Below, one piece after another: positions 1-4,906 of a stretch of 6,076 bases of DNA. Source of the DNA: Candidatus Heimdallarchaeota archaeon (lineage in GTDB: Archaea; Asgardarchaeota; Heimdallarchaeia; Heimdallarchaeales; Kariarchaeaceae); the NCBI GenBank assembly GCA_030149205.1, contig JASBSB010000012.1, forward strand, positions 1 through 6,076. The letters run 5' to 3'. The notes under the pieces are model-generated. The model was not told the DNA's origin and searched no databases. It saw only the letters and a list, made by a program, of their open reading frames with translations. The translations under genes and the position numbers were made by a program. Within the stretch, counting starts at the first letter, position 1; each line of letters begins with the position of its first letter.

Positions 1-128
1 TTACCCTCCTCAACCTGCTCTAACTTTTCTGGTTTAACTCCAATTTTCTTTGCTGCCTTATCTATATCCCACCCCATTTTAAGACGACTCCATGTCAATA
101 TTTTTGGATTAACTACAGAGTCTATCAT
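1..128 (-). CDS. Redundant partial copy of the 5' end of the Xre-HTH/ImmA gene (same bases as 5943-6070)
   Basis: ATG at 128-126 reads MIDSVVNPKILTW... and runs off the window edge. It lies within the terminal repeat, so it is not a separate gene if the molecule is circular. Confidence 0.9.
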   Translation of the reverse strand, partial: MIDSVVNPKILTWSRLKMGWDIDKAAKKIGVKPEKLEQVEEG

Positions 129-134
129 ACCTAC
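1..134. repeat. Terminal direct repeat, left copy (134 bp, identical to 5943-6076)
   Basis: TTACCCTCCTCAACC...GTCTATCATACCTAC at 1-134 matches 5943-6076 base for base by direct comparison. Confidence 0.98.
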
Positions 135-164
135 AATTAATAGCTTAATTTATGAACTCATAAA
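135..164. promoter_or_regulatory. Two abutting 16-bp inverted repeats upstream of the HTH-ImmA start; candidate autoregulatory operators
   Basis: AATTAA-TAGC-TTAATT (135-150) and TTTATGA-AC-TCATAAA (149-164) are both perfect and lie 7-36 nt upstream of the ATG at 128. The operator function is inferred. Confidence 0.5.
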
Positions 165-356
165 CCTTCTACTTGATAATTTAACAAAATGAAAAATCTT
201 AATGACGTTGACTTGCAAACCTTTATGGATCTATTGAATCAAATTTCAACCCTTATGTAATTACAACATTTATTCTTGTTATCTCTCAAACTCCGAAGCA
301 AACAATATACATCTGGCTTACGATATTTTTTTATGATATGAAGTGAAAAAAAGACC

Positions 357-1880
357 GTGAAAAAAATATTAGGAAAAATTAGAACAATTAGAAAGATTCA
401 TCAGGTTTACATATTGGAGACCGCGTTTTATCTTCTAATTATTTTTGCCTCATTTATTGAATTCAACTTACAAGCAGAGGTAACTCACTATGTTTCCAAT
501 AAAGTAAATACGTACAGTTTAACGAGTGAAAAAATCAGTTTTCCTCAAATTCATGAAATTCTTCTATTCCCATTAACATTTTGTCTTTATGGAATCGCAC
601 GTATCATCTATAGGTATAAGAAAAAGGTCGCGGCAATATCTTTTGAGTATCTTTATTTTCCATTCGGGGTTTTCATTTTATTTTATCAAGAATTCATCAG
701 ATATTTTCTTTCTAACTTAGTTGGATTTACTGCTCTTTTACTTGCCACCTATTTACCAATATCAATGATATTTGTTAACTTAATAATCCGGGTCAAGTTT
801 GTTTCTTTCTTGATTTTTAAATTATCATTTGTAACTTTATTCTTACTCATAATTTTAACTTTATTAGGAAAAAACATTTATTCACTTTCAAAACATAACC
901 AACATCTTATCTCTGCCACATACCCTGAAAAAACAACTCAGAGGCAATTTATATCAATGGATAAAAACAAAGGTACCCTAGTCGAATTTTTCCTTATTTT
1001 TCTGGTATCTCAGTTAAATGTCATATTGTTCCTTCCTTTTGATTTTATTGGATTCAGAGAGATTGGATGGTTGTTGCATAACACAATAATTGTTCTCAAT
1101 TTAACCCTCTTTGTGCTCCTCTTGGTCTCTTACAGATATTTCTTTGAAAATCACACTACCTTAAAACTAACACATATTATTGTTGAAAGATACAAAATTA
1201 ACTCTGATTTTTCAAGAAAGACTCTAAAATTTGCAATCGTAACACTACAATTTTTGATCGTGGTTATTGCATTTGAACTGGTAGTGTTTAAATTCGGAGG
1301 TCCGTTATACATATTTTTCTTATATCTAGGGGAAAGTCTTCTTAAATACAGTCTTATTTTTATCTTTATTATTATTATAATCATAGCTTTTGAAAAATTC
1401 AACAGAAGAACATTTAGAATAAAGGGAAACAAACTTGTTGTAAGCTCAACTTTAACTGTAATGCTCCTGATTTTAGCCATTATGAGTGGGTCAGTATTTA
1501 CCACATTAAACTCAAATCAATTTATGTTCAAACGACACATGAAACTAACCGTCACAAACATAACCACGACAAACATTGAAGCGTATCTCTCAGCACCTTC
1601 AGGTTATCATCCATCTGCCTATTTCTCAAACATTGTTCTTACAACACAGAACACAGGTGAAATTATTGTGGATAGATGTTTAAATATCACCCAGGTGGTA
1701 AGTAATTCAACCGACGTCTCAGTCAAAAATTATAGTTCACCAATTTTCTACTTTGCCTATCAAAATTCAGGCCGGCTTTGGTTGACAATTACCGTTAATG
1801 AAACTATAATAATCCAGCACCATCAAACAATTCAGTTGGCAAGAATGCTCAATGGGGTTTGCGTACCTTATAGCTACTAA
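357..1880 (+). CDS. Hypothetical multi-pass membrane protein (about 10 hydrophobic segments) with a C-terminal ~125-aa soluble, probably exported domain
   Basis: 507-codon ORF with a GTG start. Repeated 18-28-aa hydrophobic runs extend to about residue 381. The S/T/N/V-rich tail has 5 N-X-S/T sequons (NIT, NIT, NST, NYS, NET) and two Cys. I recognise no family motif, and the start codon is uncertain. Confidence 0.8.
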   Translation: MKKILGKIRTIRKIHQVYILETAFYLLIIFASFIEFNLQAEVTHYVSNKVNTYSLTSEKISFPQIHEILLFPLTFCLYGIARIIYRYKKKVAAISFEYLYFPFGVFILFYQEFIRYFLSNLVGFTALLLATYLPISMIFVNLIIRVKFVSFLIFKLSFVTLFLLIILTLLGKNIYSLSKHNQHLISATYPEKTTQRQFISMDKNKGTLVEFFLIFLVSQLNVILFLPFDFIGFREIGWLLHNTIIVLNLTLFVLLLVSYRYFFENHTTLKLTHIIVERYKINSDFSRKTLKFAIVTLQFLIVVIAFELVVFKFGGPLYIFFLYLGESLLKYSLIFIFIIIIIIAFEKFNRRTFRIKGNKLVVSSTLTVMLLILAIMSGSVFTTLNSNQFMFKRHMKLTVTNITTTNIEAYLSAPSGYHPSAYFSNIVLTTQNTGEIIVDRCLNITQVVSNSTDVSVKNYSSPIFYFAYQNSGRLWLTITVNETIIIQHHQTIQLARMLNGVCVPYSY

Positions 1881-1945
1881 CTAAACAAATACATGGCTCA
1901 TTCATATAATTATTAAGAACTAAGTAAACACAAAAGAAACTAATT

Positions 1946-1994
1946 CTCCACACATCCTTCTGCTAGAATCCTACAGCTGTTTTCAAATTTGTAA
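1946..1994 (+). repeat. 49-bp direct repeat, copy 1 (42/49 identical to 4232-4280); candidate recombination/att-like site
   Basis: CTCCACACATCCTTCTGCTAGAATCCTACAGCTGTTTTCAAATTTGTAA aligns without gaps to copy 2, including a 17-bp exact core CCTTCTGCTAGAATCCT and a 12-bp exact TCAAATTTGTAA. Confidence 0.9.
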
Positions 1995-1999
1995 AAAAT

Positions 2000-2629
2000 T
2001 TATTCTATCTTCCACCTTCGCTCTACTTTTTTTGCTAAAATCATAAGAATTAGTGATGTAAAAAAGCCGGGAAGGATAAAGGAAATTTTATAATCATCTA
2101 CAGGATAGAAAACACTTTTTGCATAGGCTGATTGAAGATGAATTGTACTAACACCTTTGCCAAGGTGTATAAAAATCAATTTAGCCTTATATGGGTCATC
2201 CAGATGTATTTTTGAGTAAGAAACGTTCTCCCCAGACCAGGTGTCCATCAGGTTCAAATACTCCTTTGTCTTGTTATAATCTGTTACTTGAAATTGTGTT
2301 GGATATGGAAACGTTCTGTTAATTGGGTGCGAGAAATTAGTGTACTCATGAAGGTTGATAACCTTACTTTCATTTGCCATAAAAATAACTCTGATAATTG
2401 AGAAATTGGTTGAGAGGGAAACATTCAAACTACTATAAATTACACCGACATGATCAGAAATGTTATATTTCTGTGGAACAACAACCAAAACCTCTTTGAC
2501 ACCAAAACCAGTAAATTTGAATTCTAAGTCTAAAAACGGTGGAGAAGCAAATGAAGGCAAACTGCTACCTGATGCAGTTTGGTTGACTGACAGTACAATC
2601 ATTATTATCACAATAACCTTTAGCTTCAT
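2000..2629 (-). CDS. Secreted, C-terminally membrane-anchored surface (glyco)protein, 209 aa
   Basis: I prefer the start at ATG 2629 (MKLKVIVIIMIVLSV..., signal-peptide-like) over 2713. It overlaps the subtilase stop (ATGA, 2629-2626) and has GGAGGTG 4 nt upstream. The C-terminal hydrophobic helix ISFILPGFFTSLILMILA is followed by KKVERR. 9 of 11 Asn are in N-X-S/T sequons. Confidence 0.8.
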   Translation of the reverse strand: MKLKVIVIIMIVLSVNQTASGSSLPSFASPPFLDLEFKFTGFGVKEVLVVVPQKYNISDHVGVIYSSLNVSLSTNFSIIRVIFMANESKVINLHEYTNFSHPINRTFPYPTQFQVTDYNKTKEYLNLMDTWSGENVSYSKIHLDDPYKAKLIFIHLGKGVSTIHLQSAYAKSVFYPVDDYKISFILPGFFTSLILMILAKKVERRWKIE

Positions 2630-3945
2630 TCCCCACCTCCTGGGAGAGAACCAGCTCCCATCAGATACCCCCAATTCCAAAGCTCTTGATAGACAGATAA
2701 AGCATTTAACCATCCATAACCCATGTGTTGAGTGAAATAATATTGAGATGATACCCCTTTTAATAAGGAATAAAGAGTATCTGTAGAAAGAAGTGGTGGA
2801 TTTCCACCTCCTGCTCCCCGATATCCAATATTATAAGCATAGTTTGCCACCATCACCAACCCCGCAAAATATGGTGTGCTGAAGCTGGTTCCAAAACCAT
2901 AATAGAAAATTCTTTCTAAATTAGTAAAATAGTTAACAATAGGCACTCCATTCCCAGGCATTACGAAATCAATTTTTCGAGAATTATCTTTCTCTGTTGA
3001 ATCTGGTCCATATGACTCACAGAATACGGAAATAGAATCCTTGTCTTTGCATTCAGTTGGATGGTCTTTTGCAAAATCTGAGTTTCCACTATATTGACCC
3101 TTCACTGATTTGTAGTCTAAATCATAATACGTGTAGGGGTACCATCCCCATAAAAGGACCGTTCGATCGCCTCCCCTATTTTCGTGATCTACAGATCCAA
3201 TTCTATATATCAAAGGGTGATTTGCAGGAAAATAATCAGGTCGGTACTGCCCATCATTTCCTGAAGCAGCAATTAACATGACTCCTTTGTTATATATAGA
3301 TTGAATTTTTGAAGTAACATTCGAACTTACCTGACTCATCGGTACTCCTGCTACAAAAGACATGCTTATGGTCTTAATCTGATATCTTGCTATGTTTCGA
3401 TCAAGCCAGTTCCACAATAATGTTTGTTTGTGTAATGCTTCAAATCCATGATCATCACTAAGATCTATATCAACGAATATTATGTTCCCACCTCGAATGA
3501 TACTTGCGTATGCCATAGCCACTCTATATCCATGCGTACTTAACCACCCATATTTTAGAGAACCACCTAAATCACGATCATCAATTCCAGACAAGCTATC
3601 CTTCCCATAATTTCCATATTCGATAATTTTATTCGTAATCTTATCAAAAGTCAAAAATTTAATTATATCAAGAGAAAAAGGCTTTCCAGTATTATAAATG
3701 TACTTTTCTAGGTTTTTATACTCCTCTACTGTTAACCCAGAATCAAGTATTACAGTTGTTCCAAAATAATTTTTATCGACTGGTGTTCTTTCTAGCCACA
3801 AATTGCACCCAATAAAGGAAAGAGCTGGATCTGCACAGTTTTCAACATCCCAGGAAGGGGCAGGAGATAATAAGAATCCCGCAGCTAATGGAAATTCATA
3901 CACTGATTCATCATCCTTAGATTCAACATCTATATTGAGAACCAC
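2626..3945 (-). CDS. S8 family (subtilisin-like) serine peptidase; its probable signal peptide is encoded out of frame at 4012-3946
   Basis: Subtilase motifs appear in canonical order: VILDSG (Asp68), THGYRVA (His138), AASGNDG (oxyanion Asn230), GTSFSTPYFAG (Ser354). ISMSF, YFPA and DFVMPG segments and a C-terminal GYG also fit the family. Confidence 0.92.
   Translation of the reverse strand: MVLNIDVESKDDESVYEFPLAAGFLLSPAPSWDVENCADPALSFIGCNLWLERTPVDKNYFGTTVILDSGLTVEEYKNLEKYIYNTGKPFSLDIIKFLTFDKITNKIIEYGNYGKDSLSGIDDRDLGGSLKYGWLSTHGYRVAMAYASIIRGGNIIFVDIDLSDDHGFEALHKQTLLWNWLDRNIARYQIKTISMSFVAGVPMSQVSSNVTSKIQSIYNKGVMLIAASGNDGQYRPDYFPANHPLIYRIGSVDHENRGGDRTVLLWGWYPYTYYDLDYKSVKGQYSGNSDFAKDHPTECKDKDSISVFCESYGPDSTEKDNSRKIDFVMPGNGVPIVNYFTNLERIFYYGFGTSFSTPYFAGLVMVANYAYNIGYRGAGGGNPPLLSTDTLYSLLKGVSSQYYFTQHMGYGWLNALSVYQELWNWGYLMGAGSLPGGGE
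2634..2640 (-). promoter_or_regulatory. Shine-Dalgarno GGAGGTG for the 2629 start, embedded in the last codons of the subtilase
   Basis: The minus strand reads AGGAGGTGGGGA-ATGA, a strong SD-like sequence in an AT-rich background, with stop/start overlap. Confidence 0.75.
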
Positions 3946-4012
3946 CCCCCCCTCCCGTAAAACTCATAAGGAATAAAATACCTACAATAAAAATTAATTT
4001 AATTCTTATCAT
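3923..4012 (-). CDS. 29-aa ORF MIRIKLIFIVGILFLMSFTGGGGGSQYRC; likely the frameshifted signal-peptide segment of the subtilase
   Basis: ATG at 4012 has a basic n-region and a 13-aa hydrophobic core. It is 67 nt from GTG 3945, one base out of frame. Removing one G from G8 gives MIRIKLIFIVGILFLMSFTGGGVVLNIDVESK..., continuous with the subtilase. Confidence 0.65.
   Translation of the reverse strand: MIRIKLIFIVGILFLMSFTGGGGGSQYRC
3945..3952 (-). repeat. G8 homopolymer (C8 on +) at the signal peptide/subtilase junction
   Basis: Positions 3945-3952 are eight consecutive C, within CCCCCCCCTCCC, in an otherwise AT-rich region. Confidence 0.95.
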
Positions 4013-4231
4013 AGTTAAATCATTCAGTTATATAAATAAAAAATTTATGTATCTAGAAACCTCGATTTTATATTTTTTTCGATTTATGATACAAAATTTG
4101 TCTACATATACCCTAGATTACTAAACTTTAGGAAGTTTGAAAAAAGTATTTGCTGCAATCACAAAGCTGCTAAACTTTAGGTATAAGAATGGGTTGCTCC
4201 CCATTGAGCTGGCAAATGGTATTGTCTCGCG

Positions 4232-4280
4232 CTCTACATACCCTTCTGCTAGAATCCTTCAGTTATTGTCAAATTTGTAA
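4232..4280 (+). repeat. 49-bp direct repeat, copy 2 (42/49 identical to 1946-1994)
   Basis: CTCTACATACCCTTCTGCTAGAATCCTTCAGTTATTGTCAAATTTGTAA lies 2286 bp from copy 1 in the same orientation. Confidence 0.9.
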
Positions 4281-4295
4281 TAAAAAATTATTACA
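4276..4295. terminator. Inverted repeat TGTAATAA-AAAA-TTATTACA containing an A6/T6 tract; possible terminator downstream of the PIN gene, or a protein-binding site
   Basis: The 8-bp arms are perfect with a 4-nt spacer. The minus strand has a T6 run about 95 nt after the PIN stop. Function is inferred only. Confidence 0.35.
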
Positions 4296-4382
4296 TCTTG
4301 CATTTCATTTGAAATAATAAATGGTTCGTTTCGCTAAGGATTAGAGAGTTCACAACACTCAAATCATTATTTACTTTAGATA

Positions 4383-4904
4383 CTACTTAAATTTAGCAAC
4401 CAACTGTAGTAGATTATAGCAGTCAATCCCCTCTAATTTGCATATTTCAGGTATTTTGGTCTTATTGCTCACATCTTGATGCTTAAAATTTTTTAGTCTA
4501 TTTGAGTTACTTTTTTCCTCACTAAGAACAGCATAATTGTTTGCTTTTGCAAGAGCCACAACATGATGATCTGCAATTGTTGAGACATTTGGAGGAATCC
4601 ATTTTGGATATTTTCCCATCAAGTCCTTAAGAATTAAAAGTGAATTCTCCTCGTTTTTTGCTTTGCAGGAATTCGCCAATTGGTAAATAGATAATTTTTC
4701 GTAATTTTTTCCTTTTTTTAGTTCTTCAATTACTGTACGACTTACAACAAAAATGTTATTGCGAGAGCAAAGTCTTAGAATATCCCAAATATCTGGGTTA
4801 TTGTCTTCTGAATAGTATTTTTCGATTTCAATAAAGACAGAGGTGTCAACTGCAAACTTTAATCCTGAAAGAAACAATTTAGAGAAAGACGTCTCAGAAG
4901 GCAT
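4383..4904 (-). CDS. DUF4411-like PIN-domain protein (putative RNase toxin), 173 aa
   Basis: PIN-type acidic residues occur in the expected order: AVDTSVFI, VIEEL, IADHHVVALA, VLSEE. A C-terminal KIPEIC..EGIDC segment is typical of DUF4411 as I recall it. I prefer the start at ATG 4904, 2 nt after the upstream stop with GGAG 10 nt upstream, over 4928. Confidence 0.82.
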   Translation of the reverse strand: MPSETSFSKLFLSGLKFAVDTSVFIEIEKYYSEDNNPDIWDILRLCSRNNIFVVSRTVIEELKKGKNYEKLSIYQLANSCKAKNEENSLLILKDLMGKYPKWIPPNVSTIADHHVVALAKANNYAVLSEEKSNSNRLKNFKHQDVSNKTKIPEICKLEGIDCYNLLQLVAKFK

Positions 4905-4906
4905 GT

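Noticed and set aside
165-176. CCTTCTACTTGA, a 10/12 match to the core of the 49-bp repeat (possible third site)
   Set aside because: Similarity does not extend on either side, and it is too short to separate from chance in AT-rich DNA. Revisit if more site copies define a consensus.
256-265. Palindrome TGTAATTACA sharing half-sites with the 4276-4295 inverted repeat
   Set aside because: It is a 10-bp AT-rich palindrome with different spacing, plausible by chance.
1151-1504. 117-aa minus-strand ORF
   Set aside because: It lies entirely antisense to the 507-aa membrane protein and has no motif, so it is a typical shadow ORF.
1876-1999. Integron attC or Xer/dif interpretation of the repeat region
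   Set aside because: There is no matching RYYYAAC/GTTRRRY pair with a long imperfect hairpin and no 11-6-11 inverted arms.
2630-2713. 28-aa N-terminal extension of the 237-aa ORF (start 2713)
   Set aside because: It would overlap the subtilase by 88 nt and bury the signal peptide. ATG 2629 has a strong SD and ATGA coupling.
2460-2735. 91-aa plus-strand ORF
   Set aside because: It is antisense to both the glycoprotein and the subtilase across their coupled junction and has no motif.
2795-2808. Inverted repeat GGTGGA-TT-TCCACC
   Set aside because: It is explained by Gly-Gly-Asn-Pro-Pro codons inside the subtilase.
3057-3281. 74-aa plus-strand ORF
   Set aside because: It is antisense to the subtilase catalytic region.
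2626-3945. Subtilase as the toxin of an AAA-ATPase/S8 (IetAS-type) system
   Set aside because: There is no AAA ATPase (no Walker motifs) in the window, and the neighbours and signal peptide point to export.
4185-4262. tRNA or tRNA fragment in the GC-richer patch (GCTAGAATCC resembles a T-loop)
   Set aside because: I could not build a cloverleaf, and there is no GTTC T-arm, acceptor stem or CCA end on either strand.
1946-4280. CRISPR array interpretation of the repeats
   Set aside because: There are only two copies, 2286 bp apart, with genes between them and no cas genes.
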